Positions 12,115 through 25,505 of a stretch of 64,000 nt of DNA are shown here, one piece after another; the first letter of the stretch is position 1, and the number at the start of each line of letters is the position of its first letter. A program made the position numbers and the translations under genes. Below the pieces are notes generated by a model that ran no database searches, was not told the DNA's origin, and saw only the letters and a program-made list of their open reading frames with translations. Source of the stretch: Octopus vulgaris (Eukaryota); NCBI GenBank assembly GCA_951406725.2, contig OX597817.1, forward strand, positions 119,784,001 to 119,848,000, in the 5' to 3' direction.

Positions 12115-12530
12115 TTAATGTTGACTTGCCCATGCATGCATGTGCTGGACGGAATTTAATTGAGGCAAATTTTCTACGACTGGATGTCCTTCTTGTCACC
12201 AACCACCACCTGTTTCCAAGTAAAATTTTCTCCATGGCCAGATATGTTTGCATGGAAGACTGGAGATGAAGGACATCACTAGTATGACAGTCACACATTT
12301 ACAAATATCATGTGATGGTAGGAAAAATGACAAACACTCACACTAACACACACCAAGGTACATACATACATGATAGGCTTCTTTCAGTTTCTGTCAACCA
12401 AATCCACTCACAAGGCTTTTACCAAGCCTGAAGTTATAGTAGAAAGCACTTAACCAAAGTGCCATGCAGTGGGACAGAATCCCAAAATCATGTGGTTGGG
12501 AAGCAAGTTTTCCAGCTTCACAACCATGTC
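12115..12530 (-). mobile_element. SINE A-prime (family A head, RTE-like tail)
   Basis: ccaaatccactcacaaggcttt...gtgccatgcagtggga joined to the RTE-like tail (plus-strand cccatgcatgcatgtgctggacgg). Confidence 0.78.
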
Positions 12531-12682
12531 TGGACCTTGTTCTAAGTAAACCCTTGGAAGAAGTATTATGAGTATTATTTTGTATTTCCAACCGAAATAT
12601 CAGTTCAGGATCACATACTGAAAGTATGATGCAATCAAGTAAAATGACATATTAAAAAGTAATAAAATAGGCAACATGTTCC

Positions 12683-13280
12683 CAGGGCCATTGCTAAACC
12701 CCTACAATCCCTGCAGTTACAGGGGTCCTCCATGGTCGAGGGGCCCCGTGTTAAGATCAAAGTACATAAATGAGTCATCTATTTATTTTGGTTAAGATAT
12801 TGAACAAAAATTAAACTATGTTAACTGAAAATTTCAAAAATAAAATGGTAATACATTATACCTGCAAAAGTTCTTGTAAAAATATTACATTGTACCATGA
12901 ACATGTACCAGACTTGGCAGATTGTCTATGATATCTGTTGAACATGAACTTAGCACTCAGCTTGATTATTCTGAACTGATCAATGATTTTATGAAGTGAA
13001 AAGTGTGTCATGATTGTCTTTGAAAGTTGCCTGGATTATGAAAATGCTCTTTTATTCATATCTGGAAGTTTTACTTATTGAAATTTGGAATAGACCTAAA
13101 TAAATTTAACTTGTAATTTAAAGATGTTCTTTAGGAAAATATGAAATATTGAACATCAGATAGAATAAGTAAAATATAGCTATGAATAAAAGATGCGTTA
13201 GGTTACAAATTTTGATTGAAAGGCAGGGGCCTCAAAACAAAAAGTTGCAGGGGGCCTCTAAAAGTCACACAACGGAGCTG
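12683..13280 (+). mobile_element. Non-autonomous hAT DNA transposon with 8-bp TSD
   Basis: Perfect TSD catgttcc (12675-12682 and 13281-13288); imperfect TIRs cagggccattg / caacggagctg; subterminal ggggcc motifs; internal LSMISVEHELSTQLDYSELINDF resembling the hAT dimerization-domain C-terminus. Confidence 0.88.
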
Positions 13281-14729
13281 CATGTTCCCTGACTTAGTCT
13301 CTAGAGGACTAACTTTAGTTCCACATTATAAATCAGGCAACAGATATATTCAACTATCTATACTATACCAGATTATCTGGTTCTTACTAGTTAGGCTAAC
13401 TGCAACAAAGTTGTTTGATGTGTTATACGGCAGAATGACAGAATTGTATTAAAACATTATAAGTTAAACTTGAGAAGAGCTTTAAACAATAAATTCTATG
13501 TATAAATTTTATCTTTATAGATATTACAAAGAATATTAAATAAACAGAAACACTGTGGACGTTTATCAGTTTAAAACCATGGGTACACTTCTCTGAAAAT
13601 GTTCAGTTACTTTTTAAAGTCTACAACAACAAAAAAGTAAAGGCATTTGAAAGATATCTTAAAATATAGGGAACAAAACATTTTGTCAGGGATAATATTG
13701 TATTCAGAACAAATCAATGCTGCATCAAATAGGATGAAGTTCTCAGTTTTATCTTTGATTTGTTGAAAAAATATCAAAGTTAGAGCTGTTGATTTGAAAT
13801 CTCATTTTGGGACACTAGACCATAAAGATAGCATATCAAAAACAAGTGATTTATTGACAATACTGTGTGGAATATTGATTTGAAGAGTATTTTCCATTGC
13901 AATTTATGGCATTTGTCTAGATTATGATCCAATTCTGACTTCTGATTATACTCATTTTCTGTCACTCAATTCCTAATTCCCACATAAGTCATAAATATTC
14001 TGACTTAGCCCATGGTTTTGAAATAATCTCTTAGGTGCAAACAAATATTGATCCTATAGCAATCTGCAGTTGAAATTGTCAAGTATTGCCTGGATAAGAA
14101 ATACCAACCAGTCCAACACTCAGAACATACTTGCTAAATAACAGCTTCTCAAGTAGATTCAGAATTTTTCAATTATAGAAGAAAAAGTCAGAATGCATAC
14201 ATGCATTTCCCACCACATTAATAACACATTTTGAATAAAGAATTTTACTCAGGCCTCAGAACAGGTAACTCACTAACTGAAAATATTGTTGCATATGAAT
14301 CTAGCCTATTCCATCTTTTTCTCTCACCTTAATAACAAACACCTAGTTTTCTTTTCTGATGCAAATGTTGAGGTGCAACACTAACTTCAAGAAACCAACC
14401 AGATGTCTGATCACCTAGCAATCTAGTGGACAGACAAATCAGGTTGTATGTTCCTTGCCCAGGAAGGACTTTGTGAGTGCAAAATCCTTCCCGGGGGAAG
14501 AATGTAGAACCTAACATATGTTAGTGGATAGTGACTTCAGACTTACAGCTACTGGCTCTGAGACACAAACCACCCTGGGAAAGGAAATTAAAACATCCAC
14601 TGAACAGTCAGATACTTATAGACATATAACAGAGATCAATTGAAAGATCTCACAGGATAACCTACTGAGAGCTAGAAACCCAGGAGGATCCTTGGAGGTG
14701 AAGACAGTTTCTGCCACATAGAAGGCTTA

Positions 14730-15830
14730 ATTTTGAAAGTATAGTTGCTAGAATAAGAACCAACTGAAGAATGTTCAGAGAGCTATTACTTCTATAGGTA
14801 ACAAAAGACATTTCTCTCTCTTTCTCTCCCTCACCAGTCTTTCTCTGAGAAAGGCAGATTTATGATGTTTTTGAATGAACAACAAAGCTACATGGCTGGA
14901 AAACTTGAACCATGAATGCAGAAGACATGTGAAGGTTAGATAGAAAAGAAGCTAGCATGCTCTGTTAAATGTGGTTGTCAGTGTGCATGTATGGCAATGT
15001 AAAAATATATTGAGAGAAAAACTGAGAATAAGCAGCATCAAATGTGAAGGGCAAGAAAGAAGATTGCATTGATATTGGTCATGTGACATGGATGAATGAG
15101 GATAACTGCATAAATGTGGACAAAACCTAATCGAGGAGGGTGATCTAGGAAGACCTGAGATGAAATAGTGAAGACCAACTTCAAGAAGTTGAGCCTTACA
15201 TAAGGGGTAACAAAAAACTGAGATAACTGGTAATATGATGAACTAGAGAAGACCTGTCTGTCTCAACAAAAGTGAGGTCCTCTCAAGCCTTCCCCAAAAC
15301 ATCTTCTAACACTCATCCCTCTGTCACTGTTCTAAGGAACCACTCAATCCCCATCTGTAATCATCTGGCACTCTCCTTTCACACTCTCACAAACTTACCA
15401 ATCAATCCACTCTTTCAGATCCTCTATCCTTATTCTCTCTCTTATATTCACCTTGAACCTTGAGAGCATACCTTTACCATTTATTTTCTCTCTTTCCAAC
15501 TGGGGAAGCTATGTATCTCCTTCTCAGCAAGACCCCTACCTGCTCCTGCTCCTCTATTGTACTTAAACCTCTCAAATCCAGGCATAAAGCCACCTTCTCC
15601 AGTGCTACACTTCACACAGGTGAATGATCTTGTCTTGGGAATTACTTGGTGACATGAAAAAGAACTCGGTACACTCAGTAAAGTGATTGGCATTTGGAAT
15701 GGCATCCAGCTCTAGAAACCATGCCAAAACAGAGATTGGAGCTTCAAGCGGTACTGTGCTTCATCGATTCCTGTTGAACCATTCAACTATTACCAGCAAA
15801 GACATTAAACAATGATGATGCTGATGATGA
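14730..15830 (+). mobile_element. Degraded RTE LINE 3' portion (ORF end, pyrimidine UTR, tail)
   Basis: ESIVARIRT, FRELL, EASML and GHV remnants, then a C/T-rich UTR and tail ...gacattaaacaatgatgatg. Confidence 0.75.
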
Positions 15831-16309
15831 TACATATATACACAAACACATATATATATACACAGACACACTACACACATATATATATACATACTAGTAC
15901 ACACAAATAGCCCCTACATATCATTATGAACATAATCACCATTTTATACATTTCATACATAGATTTATATTCCTCCAAAATTATTAATTTTTTAAATGAT
16001 CTAAGAATTATGAAATATCATCACACTAAAAGCAAGCTTCAAACTTATTTTATCCACATCAAACTGATTAAACTCAAAAACAACAAGAGACAGAAATAAA
16101 TAGAGATGGGCATTTAGCCTAAAGTTAACCCCAATCAAGCAGATTTATGATTAAAATTGTTCAAGTCATGATCACCCACTCAGTTTAAGGTAAAATTTAT
16201 TTAAAGCCTAGATTATCTTGGATTCATTTGTAAAGTCTGATGACAGAGATTTGGCTGCTATTTTTAGTAAGCCACACTATAAATATTATACTAGTTAATC
16301 TATACTTTT

Positions 16310-16600
16310 ATCTCTCACTTGTTTCAGACATTGGGTTGTGGCCATGCTAGGGCACAACCTTGAGTACTTATCTTTTTAAACCTGGTACTTATTCTATGGG
16401 TCTCTTTTGTGGAACCGCAAAGTTACGAGGAAATAAACAAACTAACACAGGTTGTCAAGGAATGGTGGTGGACAAACACAGAGTGACCCCTTCACAAACA
16501 CACACGCATGCACATATGCAAACACTTGCCCAATGTACTTCACATTGGGACTGAACCCAAGGTCACATGGTTTGGAGACAAGCTTCTTAATTACACAACC
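16310..16600 (-). mobile_element. SINE family A, degraded with an internal deletion
   Basis: gtggccatgctag...gtacttattctatgggtctcttttg...gggactgaaccca. Confidence 0.78.
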
Positions 16601-18341
16601 ACACTTTGATAACTATATAAACACTTTGTTTCTCCAGAATCTACTAGACATATAACACCTCCATTAAAAAAGTATTTTTCCTGAAGCATTTAGAAAAAGA
16701 AATTAATTGATCAGTAACTGCTATGTGATAATTTTTCCTTTCTGTTTATTCTTTCAGATTTTTTTTTAAAGAATAGTATCACAAAATATTTATTCTTCTA
16801 CATTGCTTAATTGACTGAAATCATGTGTAATTGATTCAGAATGCATACATTTTCTCAAAAGGTTAAATTCTTAGATTGTCTTTAAATGATGAATAATGAT
16901 ATTATAGGTCATGGTATCATCAGAAGCAAATACATATTGTATATTTGCATTTTCTTGAATTGTTTAAGTGATTAAGGATGTTTATTATTCTTAAGAATAT
17001 CACTTTGAGAATGGTAGAGTTTTTATGGGCTTCCTGATTTTCTTACATTTCTCCCTTGGGAGTGAGATTATATTTGGAATTTTCATATTAATGTGAATTC
17101 CATTTAAAGCTGTTTCTACTTGCATTTTGCTTGCAAATTTGGAGTTATTTTATTATTTTACTGCTTTCTGTATAATCTCCTTGTGTACTATTTTATATAT
17201 TTGAGTTAGAGTTTCTTCACGGAACAATATCAGGAACACTAATGTTATCTTACATTAATGCAAATCCACAAATTTTCTAAGAAAGAGATATAATCAGCTG
17301 ATTCTATGCTACTTATATAACTACCTATTATTTGACTGACCCCAAAGTTATAAAAGTTAAAGTCACACTTAAATGTTAGAGAAGAATGACGTAAAGGAAA
17401 GATTTTTAGTGGGGTAACCTGTTTCTGTTACTATTGGTACCATCGTGATATGAATAAAACTATCAATAAATAAATCAAAAATCATCACAATTCACCGTTT
17501 TACTGTTTATAAATTATTCAAGCAATATTTTATATTTTACAAATATTATCAAGTGTATCAAATTATTAGTTTATTAACAGATTAGCAGTAATTCTCCATA
17601 GATCTTTCAATCTTACAAATTTCTTTTCTGTTTTATCTTAATTTGACTGATCTTGCCATAGGGAGCCTCTTAATACATAACAAAAATGATAAAATTATGC
17701 AATATTGAAAATGCTTAACTGACTTAATTTGAAATTTCTCATATTAACAAGGCTAAATCAAGAATTGCTTAGCATAAAATTTAATTGTTTGATTCAATTG
17801 GAAACCATCCATATAGCAATTTTTATGTATATATTTCTCTCAATCTTACCGATGGTATACTCTACTTATATCTTCATAAAAAATGATATCTAAATAATTG
17901 CAAGAAGTGGTATATGGAATTAGATGCTGCATTAAGTCCAAGGTAAATATATAGTCTTCATATTCCCTTACATTCACAAACTAAATGTATCATTATAAAT
18001 CAAAGTTGTAGACAACTGTCTCAAAAAAGACAAACTAGATTTTCATTCTCCATAATAAGGAATATGATTGATATATTCTGCCCTGTCTCTTCATTTCCAC
18101 ATTAAATTTTAGCATGATTAATGCCTATGTTAATGAATCATAACAAGTGAATAAAATGTCATCCTACCTTCAATTTTTCTGCTTTATATTCAAAAACATC
18201 TAGCCTGCTTAAATCAATCTATCAGAAATTAAATATACATACAGATGGCAGGTAAATCATTTTCAGCTAAGACCAAATCCTGACAAAATTCTATTACAAC
18301 AAATGATTGCACTGGTTCTGAGACTGGTGCCATAAGATATA

Positions 18342-18866
18342 TCTATTATATAAAATCCATTCTGTCTGTGTGTGTGTGTGTGTGTGTGTCTTCTAGGATC
18401 TCGGGCATCCTCCATCTGATTGCACTCAAATTTTATATGTAGGACATGTATATAATCTTGAAAAAATTACAAAAATCGATTCCAGGTGAGAATGCAATCG
18501 ATAAAGCCATGGGAACATGCATTTGTATGTGCAAGTACATCAGCTGTTGCGATCGATACTACGCATACGTGAGAAAAATGTACGTGCAGTTTGTGCAAAA
18601 AAAGCCGGCTGGCATGAAATGCCACAAAATGCAGTATATTTAAAAGACAAAAAAAGATGCAAAAAAGATATTTTCTTCAAACTTGGCATGAAGGAAGGAA
18701 AGACTATTTGGTTTCTCAAGAAGATTTTTTTGCCTTAATTTCATTTAACAAAACCAAAACGTTTAATGAAATAAAAGGCATGCTTAATTATTTTTTAATT
18801 AAAAGAAAACACTGATTGCTTTTTATTCAGCCCCGTCCAATGGACGGGGGGGGGGCGTTTTGCTCA
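18342..18866 (+). mobile_element. Non-autonomous Helitron-type element
   Basis: 5' a|TCtattatataaaa followed by a (TG)n tract; 3' GC hairpin ccccgtcca-a-tggacgggg (18831-18849). The terminal CTAG is degenerate. Confidence 0.7.
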
Positions 18867-18896
18867 TTTTATATATAGCAGCAAAAATATCTCGGT

Positions 18897-19469
18897 TTCT
18901 GATTACAAATATCTTGGGTCATACATATCATCATCTGGAAAAAATTTTCTAACTAGAAAGGGTATAGCCTGGTCAGCCTGTAATAATATGCATAAAATCT
19001 GGTCATCAAATCTAAGTAGAGATTTCAAACTTAAAATCTTCAAAGCCACAGTCGAACCAATTCTACTATATGGCTCAGAAACCTGGACGTTATCAAAGAA
19101 GCTTGAGAGGTGGTTGGATGGAACTTACACTCACCTCCTTGTGAGAGCTCAAAATCTCTCGTGGAAGAGTCATCCAACCAAAGTACAAATATATGGGAAA
19201 CTACCACCTGTATCATCTTTTGTGAAAGATAGGAGAGTTCAGTTTGCTGGACATTGTTGTAGAGCTGAAAACGAAGCAATTTCTACTCTTCTCCTCTGGA
19301 AGCCATCTACTCACGATACCACAGGACACACACTCTCCTACCCTGATGTAATCTCCAGGGATACAGGCATCCAGCAACAGGACCTCCGTAATGCTATGAT
19401 GGACCATGAAGTCTGGCGTAGCATGGTAAATTCCATTGTCTCGACCACGGTCGAAATTACTACTACTAC
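18897..19469 (+). mobile_element. Young 5'-truncated RTE-clade LINE with intact reading frame (ORF 18988-19593)
   Basis: DYKYLGS...LLYGSETWTL...RRVQFAGHC...W with no stops; (TAC)n tail; 9-bp TSD tatctcggt at 18888-18896 and 19470-19478. Confidence 0.93.
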
Positions 19470-21637
19470 TATCTCGGTAATGATTTTAACAGAATCTAAG
19501 AAATACAAGAAACAAAGTATGTACTTAAGCCTCTTTTACTGTTGGAAAAGGAAAAAATGCATAACAAACTTGAGTTTTGTCTATAGTGCATAGTTAGAAT
19601 AAGCATTTTGTAGTCTTTCTTTGTTAAGAAAACTTAACAAAAAGTCACCAGTTGAATGTCCAGTGCAAACAAAAATAATTCCGTGTCTAAACTATTAATA
19701 TTAAGTAACAGAATAGAGAGAAAAAATTTGTTCTGGTATTTAACCAAAAGATAGTACTCGCACATTTTATTATGATAATACAATCTCTCATAATGAAAAT
19801 GAATGAAAATGTAATTAGTCTAAATATTTTATGAGCATATCACTACTTTAGCAACATTACAGCAGTCCAAAACTTAGAAATGAATGGAGCAGAAGTAAAA
19901 ACTGATAAACTATTAATTTATTTCATACACTAATGAAATAACATCAAAAGTCAGTATTTTCTGCTTGACTGTTCCTGACCAACACTATCTATTAATATGT
20001 GATTATCCCTAGTGACATCAGGGATATAGAAATTTAAGTAATGATATTTGTCATTTACAAGGACTTTAGCAATGCTACCAAAGAAAAATATCTGCAACCA
20101 GGAATGAAAGCAAGATTGTGGACTGAAATCAAAGTGAGATTAATTTTAATCTAAAGAATCTGTAAAGAAAGAATGGCATTTAAGATCCTTAATACAATGA
20201 TGCTTGCTCACATTAATTTATCTACTGAAAATAATAGGAGTAAAACAAACTTTCATTATAGTATCAACCAGAATAATAAGTTTGCTTGTAGATTATAAAT
20301 ATTATTTATTTCTTTATTGCCCAAGATTACAAATATTACTGAAATCCAAATAATTATCTGTGGTACAGATCAGTCCAATCATTTGAAAAGAGCAAGATTT
20401 AACTTCATAATTTATGTCACAAACATCAAATTACAAATGACAATAGGATTTACAGCGAGAAATTGTATGGAGTAAAGGATAACATGTTAGGTAGATCTTA
20501 AAACTCTGTATCTTAAGCTACTTATCAATTTTGCCAAGCAGTAAGGACAAAGGAAAGAAAAGGATGTTTTTATTGTATTATAAAGATAACATTGAAAATG
20601 ACTAAGCTAAAACAAACGAAATGAATATCAACATATATAGTTAGACTTCTTACAAGAGAGGACAAATAGTTGGACCTTAGGTATAATGTAAGCTTTTATG
20701 GTTCAAATGTTTAACACATATAAACATGTGCTACAATGAATATATCTATGCATGCATGAGTGCACATGCACACACAAACATAGATATGATGTATGTACTA
20801 ATTATATTGCCATTATTTTTACTTCTACTTTCTTTTCTTTATACCATTTTTTTTAGGAAAGAGAGCCACAGAACAAAATAAGCAAATGAAAGAATGAGGA
20901 TATGAGGAAATTTTGACTCATTAGTTTATCAGTTACAAAAGGGAAAAAAATCAAGAAGTAAAATTATACCTGAATGTTGGAAAGAATTTTATGTTACAAT
21001 TATAAAAAAAATGTGTAAATTTTTTTTAATGTATTAAATTTCTAAAGTATAATATCAGGGATTTTTATTAAAATTTTAATAGTGATCCCTAGTGTGTAAA
21101 ATGAAATTTTCCAAACTGGAATTAAAAAAACAAAGATGGGGACAGAAAAAGAGATGGAGACATTATTTGATTCTATGAAGTGTTATTTGCTAATAAAAAA
21201 GGAAAGAAAATTAACTATTTTATTAAATAATACTTGTTTTTTGTTTTTATTCAGGTGTCAATTTTGTTTAATGTTTATTTTTATTTTCTAAATGCTGTTA
21301 AGACCCTGTTTGCTTTATGTCCTAGAGAGCTTAAAATAAATTTTTGAAATAATAATTTAGTTGAAATTTCAAAATTACTCGAAAGAAGAGAAATTAGAGA
21401 AAGTTAAAAAATGTAAACAGAATCACTTTACATATAATTGGTTATTTAGCAAAATTTTAGATATCATCTTATGGCTTGGCTTGTCAGAAACTGTCAAACT
21501 GTCCAACCTGTACCAGCATGGGTAATGGATATTAAATGGTGATGATGATGATGACCAGTGAACACCAGTAATATCAACAGAAAACACCTCTTCCAACATG
21601 TGTATATATATATGTATATATATATTTTAGATATCAT

Positions 21638-21685
<48 letters not shown>

Positions 21686-21726
21686 CACATGTATGTGTGC
21701 ATGAATAAAAGAACATACATATGTAT

Positions 21727-22228
21727 GCATGGCTGTGTGGTAAGAATATTGCTTCCCAACCACATAGTTCAGGATCCAGTTGCATGGCACCTTGGGCAAG
21801 TGTCTTCTACTATAACCTAGAGCTGACCAAAGCCTTGTGAGTGGATTTGGTAGATTGAAACTGAAAGAGGGCTAGCTAGCTAGCTAGCTACATACGTATG
21901 TACGTACATACGTACATACATACATACATACATACATACATACATACATACATACATACATACATACATACATACATACATACATACATACATACATACA
22001 TACATACATACATACATTGTGTGTGTGCATGTGTATCTTTGTGTCTGTGCTTGTTGTCCCACCACCACTTGACAACCAGTACTGATATGTTTACTTCCTG
22101 TAACTTAGCAGTTTAGTAAATGAGACAAATAGAATAAACACCAGGTTTAACAAAATTAAGTACTGGGGTTGATACATTCAACTAAAAATTCTTCAAGGCA
22201 GTGCCCCAGCATGGCCACAGTCTAATGA
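21727..22228 (+). mobile_element. SINE family A with expanded internal (TACA)n at 21890-22016
   Basis: gcatggctgtgtggtaag...ggcaccttgggcaagtgtcttctactata...ccagcatggccacagtc. Confidence 0.9.
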
Positions 22229-22694
22229 TGTCTGTATGAATGTATGTATGTATGCTTGTATGTGTGCATGTATATGATAACTACAATCAGAATTGCTATA
22301 ATCCTCATCATAGTGTGATAATATTTCTTTGACCAAACTGTTAACTTAAAAGAATTGTCCTGTTTGAAATATTTATTTTTAGGTACAATGGAGCATGGAA
22401 CTAGTTAAGTAATCTACTATCTCTTTCCATTCATAGACAAGCTATTGTGATTATAGAAATCAATCATATTAAAGAAGAGGAGCCTGCAAGTAAAGCTGTA
22501 GGATTAAGAAGCCAAGGTACATAAGCAGCAAAGAGTCAGATGAGCAAAGGAAGCTATCATGGAGTATACTGTGTTGTGACAATGGAGCCGGTTGAATTTG
22601 CAATCTGCCTTAGAGAAGTGTACATAAGATTCCATCCTCATGAATTATTCCTATGGTGGTGGTGGTGGTGCTGTTGCTGCTACTGTTGTTGTTT

Positions 22695-23114
22695 TTAAGC
22701 AACAAGACGAGTAAGAAGGGTGATTAGGTGATGGTCTAGGGCTTAGGGGCGGGAGACCCCAGACCTTGGAAAAAAAAACTTTGGTCGTCTTGTTGTAGTC
22801 GAGAGCTCTTTGTTGACACCCGGCACCACTGGGAGGTGGCCCTCGAAGTCGCTGGAAATGGAGATCTCCAAATCCAAATTCTTGAACAGCTGCTGCTGTT
22901 GTTGTTGTTGTTAAGCAACAAGACGAGTCAGAGTGATTAGGTGATGGTCTAGGGCTTAGGGGTGGGAGACCCCAGACCTTGGGGGAAAAAAAAACTTTGT
23001 TGATCTTGTTGTAGTCGAGAGCTCTTCATTGATGCCTGACACCACTGGGAGGTGGCCCTCGAAATCGCTGGAAATGGAGATCTCCAGGTCCAAATTCTTG
23101 AACGGCTGCTGCTG
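22695..23114 (-). repeat. Tandem duplication of a GC-rich unit of about 216 bp with a (CAA)n tail on the minus strand
   Basis: Units start at 22695 and 22911 (ttaagcaacaagacgagt...aaattcttgaac) and are roughly 85-90% similar by eye. Each is preceded by (GTT)n. Confidence 0.9.
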
Positions 23115-23129
23115 CAGGAGTGACATTAC

Positions 23130-23575
23130 TAATTGTCAATGGGTTGGAAGTTATTCATCTTTGGAGCATGTTCAGACAGCATGCAAGTCACATTTTGCAG
23201 AAAATGTTTGGCGACATAACCAAGTTTTAAGTCTTAATGATGTTCTAAAACAGCAGTACAGCAGTATCAATTCAACAAGAACCTACACCAATTCGCACCT
23301 TTTTTCATAAGGTTGTTGGGGCATAGCACAGGATTAACAAACAAAGGTTGATAACTAGGCATATACCTGGTTCTAGTGCCAAAAAGGAACAGCTGGATTT
23401 GAAGAAACCACTCCTGTTCCCAAGCTACATTGCAATATAACAAAGTAATCCTTTAACTTTGTGGCATAACCCAATTTGACAAAATATGACCTGATGAATG
23501 AATTAACAATACCTTGGGGAGATAATATGAAAAGGGTATGTGAAAGGAAGTGTCTAAAAACTGAAGAATCTAGGG
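23130..23575 (+). mobile_element. Relic of an RLE-type non-LTR retrotransposon (HERO-like) zinc knuckle and endonuclease region
   Basis: C...SLEHVQTAC...WRHNQVL (CCHC plus RHN motif), followed by ELTIPWGDNMKRVCERK (cf. ELTVPWEENxxxAxERK). Confidence 0.75.
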
Positions 23576-25274
23576 AAACAAGGATGACTATATTTGTACT
23601 TGTTGCCTTTCCTGACTTCAACAACAGCCACAGCAGATCTAATTACAAATCCATAGCATCTCACCATTTGTCATTTTTGATAGGTGTGCAGCACACACCT
23701 AGCACAACCAGAATATAAAATATCCTATAACTGTTAATGAGTTATTGGTGAGAAACAAAAAACTGCTTTATGTTAGGAGATAAATAAATCTGTTTAAGCT
23801 CTTCTTGATTTTTAGGTTAGCAACTAATGCTAGAAATTAAGTGAAGCAAAATTCCTCAACTGGGAATTAAAACTATTAAAACAGAGCTTCAGTGGAGTTT
23901 GCCCATCATTCTATGACACATTCACTTTTCCTGAATACACACAAATAAGTTACAATAAAATATGATACTATATAAAGAGCCTTAATTATTATATATAATG
24001 CCTTGCCCAAGGATACAATGCAAGCTAAAGTTATATACATGGAAACATACTCAGACAAGCATACTAAGTACATATCAACATATACCAAGCATTCATCTCT
24101 TTTTTTTTAGCTAAAATATCCTAATCTTGCTCACATTTATTTCTGTGCTATTAAAACTGGGATGATGCTTGCAAATTGGTATCTGCATATTGTGAAAGCA
24201 ACTAATTTTTAGCAGGATGCCCTTTCTATTTATAACTACCCAACTGTGAATTTGGTGAGGAAATCTGCACTGTCATCTACAACTGGTTATACTAAGTAAG
24301 CAAAACAATATTGCTGTCTGTTCACTGACTGTATTCATAACGCTTAAATACACATCCAGTATGCATACATTCCTCAATATTTAGTTTAGAAAGAAAGAAG
24401 CATTAATAATGGATACTTTTATCATTGATTGAAAACAACACAACCAATGTGAACAATTGTATATACTAAATGTAATGATTATGTGAATAAATTATTTTCT
24501 GTACATATTAATTTTTTCACATATATTCATTGTATACTTCATACTTTTTATCACTTTGAATTGTAGAATACACTTGATAATAAATTGGTTGGTTGTGTTT
24601 GCCTTGATTTATAACATAAGGTGAATAGATCTCGAATGTATGTATGAGAATTCAATCGATAAACATGATTGATCTGATGAAGTGAATATCAAATATTCAC
24701 TTTTAATGCAAAATCCAATTTAAGACCAACCCCTTGTATAAGTTCTAAAAAGGACATTCTACATAATAAATAATTGTGTATAAAAGCAAATATCATTAAA
24801 ATAAATCATAATTCAGAAGAGACTTTATTGATTTATTAAATCATCAAAATGTGTATTGATTGAAGGATTAAGAATATCCGCATGTACATAGAGCAGGTTA
24901 CAATTCTTACAAATATTGAAGCTGACATAAAACTAACTGACACTCTTCATAATGACTTGTGTCTTGTCATCTAAATTAATATTTGGTGTAAAAATTCAAC
25001 CGATTTACTAGTGAGTCTCTCATCTCTATAGAAACATTGAAGGAGCTATGATAAACACCTGAAACAACTTTTCTTTCCTAAATTTGAGTAAGAAACCTCA
25101 AACATTTCCTTTGAATTAAATATCACAAAATGATATAGGTACATAGGATCAGATTAAAAGATGACATGAAATAAACAGATTATGTTTGTCCATATATGCT
25201 TCAAAAGGATTATAAGCATAAATAATCTAAGATTTATTCATTTAAGTTCAAATATTATAAAAAGCAAAAATATA

Positions 25275-25505
25275 CAGGGTTGGCCAAAAGTCACCAGACA
25301 GTAAATCAAAATTCCATAAATACTATCTGTAATTCTGTCTGACTTGGATGGAAAAATGTGCCGCTCAAGAAGGACTTCAGTTTGAACAATTTTCATGATG
25401 TTTCTTATTTAGATACTTTTATTAAATTCATTCTGTTGTTAAACATAAATAAATCTTGGAATTAAATGGTTTTGGTTACTGTCAGCTAACTTTTGGCCAA
25501 CCCTG
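25275..25505. mobile_element. Tc1/mariner-type MITE
   Basis: TIR cagggttggccaaaagt.a.c.gacagtaa at both ends, flanked by TA on each side. Confidence 0.92.

Noticed and set aside
18988-19593. Longest ORF as a host gene
   Set aside because: It is the C-terminus of an RTE LINE ORF, bounded by a TSD and a simple-repeat tail.
22695-23114. CRISPR array or LTR pair
   Set aside because: Only two adjacent long units with no spacers or internal region and no TG...CA ends, in a eukaryotic context.
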